NCBI GenBank assembly: GCA_963674705.1
Contig: OY771506.1
Coordinates: 1,888,001 to 1,952,000 of the forward strand
Origin: Phycisphaeraceae bacterium
Lineage (GTDB): Bacteria; Planctomycetota; Phycisphaerae; Phycisphaerales; Phycisphaeraceae
Reading direction: 5' to 3'
DNA length: 64,000 nt
Positions 47,992 to 58,169 of the stretch are shown here, piece after piece. The position numbers were made by a program, and so were the translations under genes. Under the pieces are notes generated by a model. The model saw only the letters and a list, made by a program, of their open reading frames with translations, searched no databases and was not told the DNA's origin. Every line of letters starts with the position of its first letter. Within the stretch, counting starts at the first letter, position 1.

Positions 47992-49956
47992 ATGAAGCGA
48001 ATAAACCACCGACTGCTTTCATCAACCATGCATCTATATAGATACATCACTGCGTTTGCATTTGCGCTGGCTCTGACGGCGACGCCGCTGTACGCGCAGT
48101 CTTCGATTATGGAACGGCTCGATCAAGGTCTGGTCGCCGTGCCCACGCCGGATGGCATCTTCCTCAGTTGGCGTTTGCTCGCGACCGACGCTCCCGACAC
48201 CGCGTTCAACCTCTACGCCATCGACGACGCCGGCCGAAAGAAACGCCTGAACAACACACCGATCGACGGCCCGACCTGGTTCCTCGATAAACAAAACAAA
48301 GACAACCCGCCCAAGGCTTACGAAGTCTGCCCCATCATCAAAGGTAAAGACGGCACGCCGACCAAGGCACTCTGGTTCAACGATCACGATGGCGAGCATC
48401 CTTACCTGAGCATCCCCCTGCAAACACCCGAAGGTTACGGCCCGAACGACGCATCAGTTGCCGACCTTGATGGGGACGGCGAATACGAAATCATCCTGCA
48501 CCAGGCCGGCACGACCCACGACAACTCGCACTCCGGCATGACCGATCCGCCCATCTTCCAGGCTTACGAACTCGACGGCTCACTGCTCTGGCAGATCAAC
48601 CTCGGCATCAACATCCGTGACGGCGCGCATTACACACAGTTCCTGGTGTACGACTTCGATTGCGACGGGAAAGCCGAGTTTGTGTGTAAAACAGCGGACG
48701 GCACGACCGACGGCGTCGGCAATGTACTCGGTGATAAAAACGCAGACTATCGCGATGAGGGCGGCCGCATCCTCAAAGGCCCGGAATACCTCACCGTTTT
48801 CGACGGCCTGACCGGCAAGGCGCTCGACACCGTCAAGTACATCCCCGGCAGGCATCCCGACACGGATAATCCCACCGGCGACCAACTCAAAGCCGTCTGG
48901 GGCGACAACTATGGCAACCGTAGCGATCGTTTCCTTGCGGCCGTGGCTTATCTCGATGGCAAACACCCGTCGATGGTTTTCTGCCGCGGCTACTACACGC
49001 GCAGCGTCCTCGCCGCGTTCGACTTCGAGAACGGCAAGATCAAGCACCGATGGACGTTCGATTCCGCCAGCGGTAGCGACCGCGACCGCGCTTTTGCCGG
49101 TCAGGGCAATCACAACATTTCCGTTGCCGATGTCGATGATGATGGTAAAGATGAAATCATCTACGGCTCGATGGCGATCGACGATGATGGCCGCGGCCTG
49201 TGGTCTTCTGGTTGGGGCCACGGCGACGCGCTGCACGTCTCGGATATGGACCCCAAACGCAAAGGTCTGGAAGTTTTCGTCCCGCATGAATCATCTAGTC
49301 AGTATGGCGCTTACGCGGTGGCGTACTTCGATGCACGCACGGGCCGACCGATCTGGGGCGTCGTCGGCTCAAAAGATATCGGCAGGGGGGTGGCGTTCGA
49401 TGTCGATCCACGTTTCCCCGGCTACGAGATGTGGGCGTCGTCCGGTATCGGTGGGCTCTACAACGCACGCTCCGCTGAACGTGATGACAAACTCGGACCA
49501 CGCGGCAAGGAAGTCTCGTCCAAACGCCCCGGCATGATCAACTTTGGCATCTGGTGGGATGGCGACCCCTTACGTGAAATGCTCGATGGCAACCACATCG
49601 ACAAGTGGAACTGGCAGACCGAATCCACCGACCGAATGCTGACCGCCACCGGCGCGACAAGCAACAACGGCACCAAAGCCACACCCACCCTTTCCGGTGA
49701 CCTGCTTGGCGACTGGCGCGAAGAAGTCATCCTTCGCGAAGAAGACGGAAATGCAATCAGACTTTACACTACAACCATTCCAACCGACATCCGACTGTTT
49801 ACATTGATGCATGATCGTCAGTATCGCCTCGCTATTGCTTGGCAGAACGTTGCTTACAACCAGCCGCCGCACCCCAGCTTTTTCCTCGGCCACGATATGG
49901 ACCAACCCGATTGGCCCGACATCACAACCCCCGGCAGAAGGGGTAGAATGCGTTGA
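47992..49956 (+). CDS. Rhamnogalacturonan lyase, PL11 (YesW/YesX-like)
   Basis: MERLDQGLVA...FLSWR, NDASVADLDGDG, NIRDGAHYTQF, CRGYYTR, GQGNH, GHGDALH, NGTKATP and YNQPPH. Confidence 0.95.
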   Translation: MKRINHRLLSSTMHLYRYITAFAFALALTATPLYAQSSIMERLDQGLVAVPTPDGIFLSWRLLATDAPDTAFNLYAIDDAGRKKRLNNTPIDGPTWFLDKQNKDNPPKAYEVCPIIKGKDGTPTKALWFNDHDGEHPYLSIPLQTPEGYGPNDASVADLDGDGEYEIILHQAGTTHDNSHSGMTDPPIFQAYELDGSLLWQINLGINIRDGAHYTQFLVYDFDCDGKAEFVCKTADGTTDGVGNVLGDKNADYRDEGGRILKGPEYLTVFDGLTGKALDTVKYIPGRHPDTDNPTGDQLKAVWGDNYGNRSDRFLAAVAYLDGKHPSMVFCRGYYTRSVLAAFDFENGKIKHRWTFDSASGSDRDRAFAGQGNHNISVADVDDDGKDEIIYGSMAIDDDGRGLWSSGWGHGDALHVSDMDPKRKGLEVFVPHESSSQYGAYAVAYFDARTGRPIWGVVGSKDIGRGVAFDVDPRFPGYEMWASSGIGGLYNARSAERDDKLGPRGKEVSSKRPGMINFGIWWDGDPLREMLDGNHIDKWNWQTESTDRMLTATGATSNNGTKATPTLSGDLLGDWREEVILREEDGNAIRLYTTTIPTDIRLFTLMHDRQYRLAIAWQNVAYNQPPHPSFFLGHDMDQPDWPDITTPGRRGRMR

Positions 49957-50025
49957 AATCTTAGGTGTCAGCCACGTCGTTCGGCTGACAGGGCTCTGCC
50001 AGAAATCCACTTTGAGGAAACCCGC

Positions 50026-51513
50026 ATGGGTGCCAAGACCTCCGTCGTCATCTTAGCTCTGCTCAGCGTCGTGCTGGGTTTTATCCAGATGGGCGATCGC
50101 GTTTCGCTCGTGCCTGATGACAAAGTCATACGTCTGAACTTCTGGAACGGATTCACCGGCCCGGACGGCCGAACCATGCTGCACATCATCCGCGAGTTCA
50201 ATGAAGACTATCCCAACATCGAAGTCACCATGCAGCGGATGGAATGGTCGATCTACTTCAACAAGCTTATGGTCGCCGGCATCGACGGCCGTGGGCCGGA
50301 AGTTTTTATATTGCACGCCAGTGAAATGCCACGCTTCCAACGCGCAGGCTTCATGGCAACACTCGATGAAGTCTATGAAGGCGAAGACGCACTACCCGTC
50401 GACGACTTCGATCCCAACCTCCTCAAGCAGATGCGATACGACGGGCACATGATCGGCGTGCCGATGGATATCCACCCGCAGGGGCTTTTCTACAACGCAA
50501 AGATGTTCCGTGAAGCAGGCATCGTTGATGAAAACGGCGTCGCAAAGCCGCCGACCAATCGCGAAGAGTTCATGGATGCGGTCAGAAAATTACGTATCGA
50601 CAAAAACGGCGACGGCCGACCCGAGCAGTGGGGCTTCGCACTGACCATGTGGCGCAACAACTTCACCTCCCTCTTGCCGCAATTCGGCGGTAACTACTTC
50701 GATGAGTCAGGCCAATGTGCCATTGATTCACCGGAGAGTATCGCCGCACTCGAGTTCATGGTTTCACTCGGTGGCGACGATCCGCTCGTGCCCGCTCCGG
50801 AAAATAACCTCGGCTGGGTCGGCTTCCGGCAGAAGAAAGTCGCGATGGTTTTCGAAGGCATCTACATGCTCGGTGACCTCAAGCGGCTTGAGGGCGTGGA
50901 CCGCCAGTTGGAGCGTTTGAAAAGGATGGGTGGCGATCCGAAGCAAATCATAGAGTTGGAAAAGCAAGTGCAACGCTTGCACGAGTTGGAGAGCGAACTG
51001 GAGCAGTTGAAAGGTTCGGATGGCGACCCGAATCGCTTGAAAGAACTGGAAATCGAAGTGGATCGTTTAAAAGGTTTGCAATACATGGCCGCCCCGATGC
51101 CCGTGATCGGCAAGCAGCACGGCACGCATGGCGATTCACATATCCTCTGCTTGCAGAAAGACCTCGATCCGGAGGTTCATGAAGCCGCGATCGCGTTCCT
51201 CAAATTCATCTCCAACCACGACATCCAATGGGCGGATGCAGGCCAGGTTCCCGCTCGTAACAGCGCACGTGAAGCGGAAGTATTCAAGGACATGCAGGTT
51301 CAGTACGCATTCAGTCATCAGATCCCGTATGTGAATTACCCGCCACGTTCACCGGCCGTGTTCGAGTTGCAACAACAGATCGATTTTGCAGTGGAGAAAG
51401 CGTTGCGCCGTCGCGCGACAGCGGAAGAGGCGCTGAAGACCGCACGTAAAAACTTTGAAGACTTCGTACGAAAGGCGGAACTGCCGATGCTGATGGAAGA
51501 GGAGGCGAAGTGA
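50026..51513 (+). CDS. Sugar ABC transporter substrate-binding protein with coiled-coil insertion
   Basis: FWNGFTGPDG, GLFYN, PPTN.EEF, WADAGQVPAR and an N-terminal TM anchor. Confidence 0.92.
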   Translation: MGAKTSVVILALLSVVLGFIQMGDRVSLVPDDKVIRLNFWNGFTGPDGRTMLHIIREFNEDYPNIEVTMQRMEWSIYFNKLMVAGIDGRGPEVFILHASEMPRFQRAGFMATLDEVYEGEDALPVDDFDPNLLKQMRYDGHMIGVPMDIHPQGLFYNAKMFREAGIVDENGVAKPPTNREEFMDAVRKLRIDKNGDGRPEQWGFALTMWRNNFTSLLPQFGGNYFDESGQCAIDSPESIAALEFMVSLGGDDPLVPAPENNLGWVGFRQKKVAMVFEGIYMLGDLKRLEGVDRQLERLKRMGGDPKQIIELEKQVQRLHELESELEQLKGSDGDPNRLKELEIEVDRLKGLQYMAAPMPVIGKQHGTHGDSHILCLQKDLDPEVHEAAIAFLKFISNHDIQWADAGQVPARNSAREAEVFKDMQVQYAFSHQIPYVNYPPRSPAVFELQQQIDFAVEKALRRRATAEEALKTARKNFEDFVRKAELPMLMEEEAK

Positions 51514-52388
51514 TACAACGATTACGTAATGCTTGTGCGTATCTCTTTATCGCGCCGTTCGCGGTGTCGTTCTTCAGCTTTGTCATCCTCCCGTTCTTTG
51601 TCGCGCTCGGGCTGGCGTTTGTGAAGCTGGACCTGACCTCGCACGAGCCGGTCGCATTCGTCGGGCTTAAGAACTTCCAGGAAGCGCTATCCGATCAGTA
51701 CTTCTGGAAAGCCGTGTGGGCGACGTCGTACTTTGTCGTGATGGCGGTGCCCTTGACCGTAGTCCTCTCGACCGCCGTCGCCGTCGGCATGCACAGCATG
51801 ACCAGCAAACGCGGCAGGCACACCGTTCGCGCCATGTTGTTCCTGCCCGGCATGGTCAACGTCGCCGTCGCGGGGATCCTCTGGCAGTGGTTCTATAACG
51901 GCGAGTTCGGCCTGTTCAATCACTACCTACAGGAATGGGGCTTCAGTGGTGTGCCCTGGCTAAGCAACCGAGCAATGGCGATGCCCAGCGTCGTCTTGAT
52001 GACGCTCTGGTGGACGATCGGCGGTTCTGCGATCCTCTTGCTCGCAGCGCTCCAGCAAATCCCCGGCGAACTATGGGAAGCCGCGTCGCTCGACGGCGCC
52101 GGGCCCTGGCAACGTTTGTGGGGAATCTCGCTGCCGTTGATACGCCCCGTCATGCTGTTCGTCACCATCATGACGACGATCGGTTCGTTCCAGGTATTTG
52201 GTCAGCCATATCTGTTAACCCGAGGCGGGCCCGAACTCGCGACACGTGGCGTCGTGCAATACATTTACGAAACCGCATTCAATAACTACCGGCTGGGTTA
52301 CGGCGCCGCGATGAGCTGGCTGCTGTTCGTCATCATCGCGATGTTCTCATTGGTCCAGGTCCGCCTGATGTGGGGGTCGAGGAAATGA
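51510..52388 (+). CDS. Carbohydrate ABC transporter permease
   Basis: FVGLKNF, EAA loop EAASLDGA, SFQVF...T.GGP and GYGAAMS. Confidence 0.95.
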   Translation: MIQRLRNACAYLFIAPFAVSFFSFVILPFFVALGLAFVKLDLTSHEPVAFVGLKNFQEALSDQYFWKAVWATSYFVVMAVPLTVVLSTAVAVGMHSMTSKRGRHTVRAMLFLPGMVNVAVAGILWQWFYNGEFGLFNHYLQEWGFSGVPWLSNRAMAMPSVVLMTLWWTIGGSAILLLAALQQIPGELWEAASLDGAGPWQRLWGISLPLIRPVMLFVTIMTTIGSFQVFGQPYLLTRGGPELATRGVVQYIYETAFNNYRLGYGAAMSWLLFVIIAMFSLVQVRLMWGSRK

Positions 52389-53209
52389 AACTGAAAAAAC
52401 GTTCTGGTATCGACCTGCTCATGTACTTCACCGCGGCTTCATTCGTGCTGCCTCTGATCGTGATGGCGCTGACATCCTTCAAGCCCGAAGGCGAAGTGCT
52501 CAACCCCGAATCCATCATCCCCGACCAATGGACGCTCGCGAACTACAAGCACGTGCTCGGATGGTCGGAAGAAGCGCCGTTTATCCGTTGGTTGATCAAC
52601 AGTATGTTTATCTCGACGACCGTTACGCTGCTCGTACTCGTCTTCTCTTCCATGGCCGCGTTCGCCATCACCCGCCTGAAACTGCCCGGCACCGGTTGGT
52701 TCTTCGGCCTGGTCATCGCGACGATGATGCTGCCCGCGCAGCTCTTCCTCGTCCCGGTCTACCTGATCCTCAGCCGGCTGCACCTGCTTGATACACCTTG
52801 GGCATTAATCATCCCGGCAACATCAGGCGGCTTCGGTGTCTTCCTCATGGCGCAGTTCATGCGTGCGATCCCAAGATCGCTCGAAGAGGCCGCGATGATC
52901 GACGGCTGCTCGAAGCTTGGCGTTTACCTGCATGTCGCGCTGCCGCTCTGCGGACCCGCACTAGCGACGCTCGGCATCTTCACCTTCATCGGCTCGTGGA
53001 ACGACTTCGTAGGCCCGCTTATCTTCCTCGACTCGATCCGTAACTACACGCTGCCCGTCGGTATCGCGCTCTATCAAAGCTCATACGTCACCGAGTACGG
53101 CCTGACGCTCGCGACCAGCGTCCTTGCGACCCTGCCCCTGATCCTCGTCTTCATGGTCTTCCAGAAGCAGATCATCGAGAGCCTGGCGACCTCAGGCATG
53201 AAGGGGTAG
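52385..53209 (+). CDS. Carbohydrate ABC transporter permease
   Basis: IPRSLEEAAMIDG, WNDF and TLPVG. ATGA overlap at 52385. Confidence 0.95.
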   Translation: MKLKKRSGIDLLMYFTAASFVLPLIVMALTSFKPEGEVLNPESIIPDQWTLANYKHVLGWSEEAPFIRWLINSMFISTTVTLLVLVFSSMAAFAITRLKLPGTGWFFGLVIATMMLPAQLFLVPVYLILSRLHLLDTPWALIIPATSGGFGVFLMAQFMRAIPRSLEEAAMIDGCSKLGVYLHVALPLCGPALATLGIFTFIGSWNDFVGPLIFLDSIRNYTLPVGIALYQSSYVTEYGLTLATSVLATLPLILVFMVFQKQIIESLATSGMKG

Positions 53210-53226
53210 TCCAAGCGTTACGAAAT

Positions 53227-53307
53227 GGGCGCCACACTTTGACTACGCAGTAGCAAAGTGTGCGTTGACAGAACACACTTTGCCCTTCGGGTCAAAGTGC
53301 GGCACCC
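53227..53307. repeat. REP-like double hairpin between convergent genes
   Basis: CACACTTTG-N12-CAAAGTGTG and CACACTTTG-N10-CAAAGTGCG, enclosed by GGGCGCC...GGCACCC. Confidence 0.7.
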
Positions 53308-53369
53308 GATACAGTTGGATTAATATTGCCTTTCATGGCTGCAAAGCGACGCTTCGCAGGCAGGCAACC

Positions 53370-56300
53370 CTACGCTCTCGGCAACACAATCAGTCGCTGC
53401 GTTTCGCCCGATCCTTTTGTATCCGGGTTGTAATACTCATACGCCTTCGGTGCCGGTGTCGTGATCTTCACCGGCATCGTTGCCTGTAATTGGTATTCCA
53501 GTTCCAGTGTCGCGCCCGGCTTCAAACCACGCAGGTAAACGATCGTGCTGCGTGGCGTCACCTGGTACTTCGAGATGATGTTTTGCTTCACCGCCTGGTC
53601 GAACGAATCACGATTCACCGTGAAACCGGCCGGGACGGGCAGGTCCAGGATCACCATCGGCGCCTCAGCGCTCTGGTTGTTCACCACCGTCGCCTTGGCG
53701 GACAGTACATCACCGACCTCCAGATCGCTGTCATCGTATGCAATGTCGATCGACAACGGCTGCTCTTGCTTGGGCTGCGCCGCATCCTGCACGTGATACC
53801 GGAACACCACCTGGTAGCCACATGCCGTGTCAGTCCGTTCACGCAACACGACCTGGTTCTTCCCGGTCTTCAGGTATTGACTCACATTGATCTGCCGGAT
53901 GACGTCTGATTCCTCCGCGGTCAACGCCAGCGTGTCGACCCGCTCCCCGTTCACCTCAACATCAACCATCCTGCTCTTGCCATCACCCAACGGCTTACCC
54001 GTCCCGGCGAGTAGCGCCTTGAGTGATAGCACCGTCGCCTGAGTCGTGTGCCACGTCCCCCGCGCGTCTTTACGGTTCACCAACCACGCCAACCCCCCGC
54101 GTGTCAGGTCCGGCCGTGTGCCGGATTTGATCAGCGCCAACAGCGCCGTTGCCGTAGTCTCGATTTCACCGCTGCGCCCCATCCCGTAGAAAGTGGTTGG
54201 CGTATTGTTATGCCGATTCCAGAACACAAACTTGCCGTTGCTGCTGATCTGTGCTTCCCGCACAAGCCGTTCCAGGTAAGGCCGTGCATCGTTCCCGCCC
54301 GGGTCGATCGCCAGCAGCGCATTAGCAACCAGCGCCAGCGTGTAAGGATCGTTGATGCTGTTCGCCGAGTGTCGCAACAGGTAATCGCGTGTCTGCGCGG
54401 CGTCCGTCCGGTCGTTCTGGAACACCGCCCAGGCAATGTACGCCGTCGTGGATAGTTCAAGATAATTCATACTGGTCGGGTCCTGATGCATTCGATTGCC
54501 AGGATACTTCCAACCGCCATCCCTTCCACGCTGCTGCATCAGCCACCGACGTGTACGTTTGATCAGTTCAGGATCAACATCATGCACGCGCGCCATGTCC
54601 TGGAACTCCATCAGGCCATAAGCTGTGAGTGTGCGGTTGGCAGGCGGACGCCCGAACCAATCGAATCCACCGCCAGCCACCTCAAAACCAAGCAGCCGTT
54701 GATACCCCAGGTGGATGTACTGCTGCGCCTTGGCTTCAACCTCCGGCGCGTTCTTATTCATCTTGCGCAGGTAATCCAGCGCCAGCACGTTCGGATACGT
54801 CGTCGATGAAGTCTGCTCGAAGCAGCCGTAAGGCCGTTGGAAGATCGCATCCAAACCCTCCACGACCTGGCTGAAACTCGACGGGTACAGTTTAACAACT
54901 GCAACCACGCTGCCATCGATCGCATCGCTCGGCACATCCAGTTCGATCTGTCCCGGCTCTTCCAGCGAGCCGTTCACTACCTGCTCGATCTTCCGCCCGT
55001 CAGGACGAACCTCGATCTCGCGACGGATCGCATCCGACAGATCGCTGCCATCAGCACGGACCTTGACTTCATGATCGCCCACGCGCATCACCCGGATCGG
55101 GCAATGAATCGAACGCACCTCGCCCGGCTCAAGCGATAATTCAAAACGCGCATCTCCCAGGAACTCAAACCAGTCCCCGCCGCTTACCATGATAGACACG
55201 TCCTGTTGTTTATCCAGATAGTTGTAGACCACGATAGGCAGGCCCACCTCGTCCCCGCGCGTCATCGATACCGGCAAATCCAGGTCGACAAAGAACGGCT
55301 GGAACACGCGCAGCGCCGACGTTTCACCGCCAAGCCGGCCATCCGCGGTCACGGCGCTGGCGCTCAGACGCCAGCTCGTGATCGAATCCGCCAACGGCAC
55401 ATCCAGTTGCACGATTCCCCGATCATCCGTGATCAACTCCGGCCGCCAAAGCAACGTCTCGGGGAACCACTGCCGCACACGCACGGGTTGCTGACCGGTG
55501 GATGTCTTCTGATTGACGGCGCCGCGATCTTCCAACGATTCCAGGCCGATGGCCATTTGACGCAGTTCAGACATAGCCACTAAGGAACGTGCCGAATGCC
55601 GCGCCGCGCCGAGCGCCGGTAGCAGGATCCCCACCAGCAGCGCGATGATGGACACGACAAACAGGTATTCAATAATCGTCGGTCGCCTGCCCGAGCCCGG
55701 CAGCATAACAATTAGCAGGTAGATCAACACGATGAATAGCAACACCCCGATGATGCTCCATAGGGTATTGATCGTGTTTAAACCTCTGCGCCGCTCTGCA
55801 GCGATCCGTTGCTCCTTGGAAGGATACGTGCGCGTCTGGAGCGAATACAGGCCGTCCGATTCCCCGCGAAGTATCGCGATGACATCTTCCGAAACCATGC
55901 CATCCAGGCTCTCAAGTGCCTGCTCAAAATAAGGCGAATCGATCGCGTCCAGCATATCGGGCGAGATCATCCCCTCATCCACCAACTGCTGAAGCAAAGC
56001 GTCTCGGCTGCTGCCGACCTGTTGCACCGTCGAGGCGAACAGCGCCAGCTCCAGCATCCTGCGGTCGGATTCTTTCGCTGTGAGAAAAACGCTCGGCGAC
56101 CAGTGGTAGATCGCGTACACCGGCTGCAGCAGTTCCTGCTCCAGGCTGAAGAATGTCTTTTCTGATCCCGGTGATTGCGTCAACACGCTGAAAACAGACT
56201 CATCCACAGCAGCGAGACTGATGGCCCCCCGGATGGGGCTGCCATCAGTCCCGGTTAGTTTGAGCCGCAGGCTCGCCGTCTCACCCGGGCGATACACCTG

Positions 56301-58169
56301 CTTGTCCGTTTCCGCGCTGATCCGCACTTCGTTCGCCTGATCGACATAGATTGTCCGCGACTTTTGCACGGGCAAGCCCGCCGAACCGAAGCGGTATGTC
56401 ACCACCCGGATCGTCCCGGACATCTCGGCCGGCAGATCGAATGCGTACTTGCCTTGCCCGTTCTCGATCGCGATCGATTCGGTCAACAGCGTCTGATCGT
56501 CTTTGATCAGGTCCAGGAAGATCGGCGCGTTACCGCTGCCGACCGCTTCGATCGAAACCGTTTCACCCCCTCGATACACCGCTTTATCCGTCCGCACGAT
56601 GTAGTCATCGTTGGCCTTGCCCAATTCGAGTTGTTTCGTCTCCTGTACGCTCAAACCCGCTTCGTCTGTTGCGCGGACCGTCAGGTGCAACTGTCGTGAC
56701 ATCGGCGTCAGCCGGATTGTCGCGACACCCAGCGAATTGGTCTGGACCTCGTAAGGCACACCCGTGACCGCGAGCCGCGTCTGCGCGGGTTGGCCGTCCG
56801 CATACGTCGTGATGACATACACGCGGTTCTCAACATTACGTACCAGGCTCCCGCTTTCCGGGATCACCTGCACGCGCAGCGGTCGATTCGTCACCAGCCT
56901 GCGGATCTCGCGCGTCTGCACCTGTTCGGCAGAATCCGTCACCTTCAGCCAAACCGTCATCCGCGCGTCGCCGCCGTCCTGCTCCCTGCCGAAGAGCTTG
57001 TCAGGCAGACGCACCTCGAACACCGCCGTCCCGTCCGCATCCGTCTTCAAACTCGGCACCTGAATGATCTGTTTATATGCCCCAGCAAAGCCAACCTCCA
57101 CCTCAACACGTGCGCCGGCAACGGGCTTGCCGAAGAAGTAATCCACATCCACCTTGCCGTACACCACGTCCCCGGGTAAGTAGTAGCTGCGATCAAGCTC
57201 CATCTCCACGCGAAACTTCGGCAGCACGTATTCACGCACCTCGACCGTGTTCGCCGACTCCGTGTCGCCGACTTTGCACCGGACCGTGTACGCACCGTGC
57301 AGGATCTCATCGGCCAACGCACAATCGATCGACGCGATGCCGAATTCGCTGGTCACCCCGGTCTTGCGCAGGATGACGTTGCCCTTCGGATCACTCACCG
57401 AAAACTCAACCGATTCACCCGCGACCGGCTTAAGGTCCGGCTTACGCAACGCAAGCGATCGGCAGTGGATCGTCTGGCCCGGCTGATACACGGGCTTATC
57501 CGTACTCACCATCAACTTCCAACTGCGCGTCAGCTTGATGGTGCGCGTCAGTTCTTCTTTTCCCTCACGGCCGCGCGCAACGACTTTCAGTTCATAATCG
57601 CCGGAGGCCCAATCGGGTAGATCAAAACGCGGATTCCCGCTGCCGGTCGCATCGGTTTTAAAGCTTACAAGCTCGACCGATTCGCCCGTCCTCGGGTTAC
57701 TCAAAACGACATCAACCGATGCGTCGGGCACGACCGCGCCCGATTCATAATTAGTCAGCACGATCCGGATCGACCCGCTCGTTCCGCCCTGCAGCGTGCT
57801 TTGTCCCATGACACGCAGGTCGTACGGATTCGGCGCAAGGTTCAGGTAATACACGTTAAGCGTGAACAGGATCAATATTGAAGCCGCGACAGCCGCCGCC
57901 GCCGTCCACCTGACACCCCGACGCCAATGCATCTGTGCCTGTGCTTTGTTATTCACCTGGGTGATCGTCCGCTCAATCAGTCCGCTGGGCGCTTCAACCA
58001 CGGGCACCTGCTGCATCGCTTCAAACCGCTGAACCGCGTTTTGGTAGGCCAGCTTCCAGACCTCATCCTCGTCGATCATCCGCTCGACGTAAGCGATATC
58101 CTTCGCCGACAGCAGCCCGTGCAGGTACGCATCGGTCATGTAAACCGGGTTGTCTCTTTGGTCAGTCAT
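53370..58169 (-). CDS. Membrane-anchored alpha-2-macroglobulin family protein with N-terminal anti-sigma-like domain and internal pilin-like TM hairpin
   Basis: TDKPVYQPG, EYVLPKF, AAVDESVF, VRQWFPETLLW, DSITSW, QPFFV.L.LP and thioester PYGCFEQ. Receptor-binding-like end (DLPVPAGF, AYEYYNP). The ATG at 58169 overlaps the sigma stop. Confidence 0.93.
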   Translation of the reverse strand: MTDQRDNPVYMTDAYLHGLLSAKDIAYVERMIDEDEVWKLAYQNAVQRFEAMQQVPVVEAPSGLIERTITQVNNKAQAQMHWRRGVRWTAAAAVAASILILFTLNVYYLNLAPNPYDLRVMGQSTLQGGTSGSIRIVLTNYESGAVVPDASVDVVLSNPRTGESVELVSFKTDATGSGNPRFDLPDWASGDYELKVVARGREGKEELTRTIKLTRSWKLMVSTDKPVYQPGQTIHCRSLALRKPDLKPVAGESVEFSVSDPKGNVILRKTGVTSEFGIASIDCALADEILHGAYTVRCKVGDTESANTVEVREYVLPKFRVEMELDRSYYLPGDVVYGKVDVDYFFGKPVAGARVEVEVGFAGAYKQIIQVPSLKTDADGTAVFEVRLPDKLFGREQDGGDARMTVWLKVTDSAEQVQTREIRRLVTNRPLRVQVIPESGSLVRNVENRVYVITTYADGQPAQTRLAVTGVPYEVQTNSLGVATIRLTPMSRQLHLTVRATDEAGLSVQETKQLELGKANDDYIVRTDKAVYRGGETVSIEAVGSGNAPIFLDLIKDDQTLLTESIAIENGQGKYAFDLPAEMSGTIRVVTYRFGSAGLPVQKSRTIYVDQANEVRISAETDKQVYRPGETASLRLKLTGTDGSPIRGAISLAAVDESVFSVLTQSPGSEKTFFSLEQELLQPVYAIYHWSPSVFLTAKESDRRMLELALFASTVQQVGSSRDALLQQLVDEGMISPDMLDAIDSPYFEQALESLDGMVSEDVIAILRGESDGLYSLQTRTYPSKEQRIAAERRRGLNTINTLWSIIGVLLFIVLIYLLIVMLPGSGRRPTIIEYLFVVSIIALLVGILLPALGAARHSARSLVAMSELRQMAIGLESLEDRGAVNQKTSTGQQPVRVRQWFPETLLWRPELITDDRGIVQLDVPLADSITSWRLSASAVTADGRLGGETSALRVFQPFFVDLDLPVSMTRGDEVGLPIVVYNYLDKQQDVSIMVSGGDWFEFLGDARFELSLEPGEVRSIHCPIRVMRVGDHEVKVRADGSDLSDAIRREIEVRPDGRKIEQVVNGSLEEPGQIELDVPSDAIDGSVVAVVKLYPSSFSQVVEGLDAIFQRPYGCFEQTSSTTYPNVLALDYLRKMNKNAPEVEAKAQQYIHLGYQRLLGFEVAGGGFDWFGRPPANRTLTAYGLMEFQDMARVHDVDPELIKRTRRWLMQQRGRDGGWKYPGNRMHQDPTSMNYLELSTTAYIAWAVFQNDRTDAAQTRDYLLRHSANSINDPYTLALVANALLAIDPGGNDARPYLERLVREAQISSNGKFVFWNRHNNTPTTFYGMGRSGEIETTATALLALIKSGTRPDLTRGGLAWLVNRKDARGTWHTTQATVLSLKALLAGTGKPLGDGKSRMVDVEVNGERVDTLALTAEESDVIRQINVSQYLKTGKNQVVLRERTDTACGYQVVFRYHVQDAAQPKQEQPLSIDIAYDDSDLEVGDVLSAKATVVNNQSAEAPMVILDLPVPAGFTVNRDSFDQAVKQNIISKYQVTPRSTIVYLRGLKPGATLELEYQLQATMPVKITTPAPKAYEYYNPDTKGSGETQRLIVLPRA

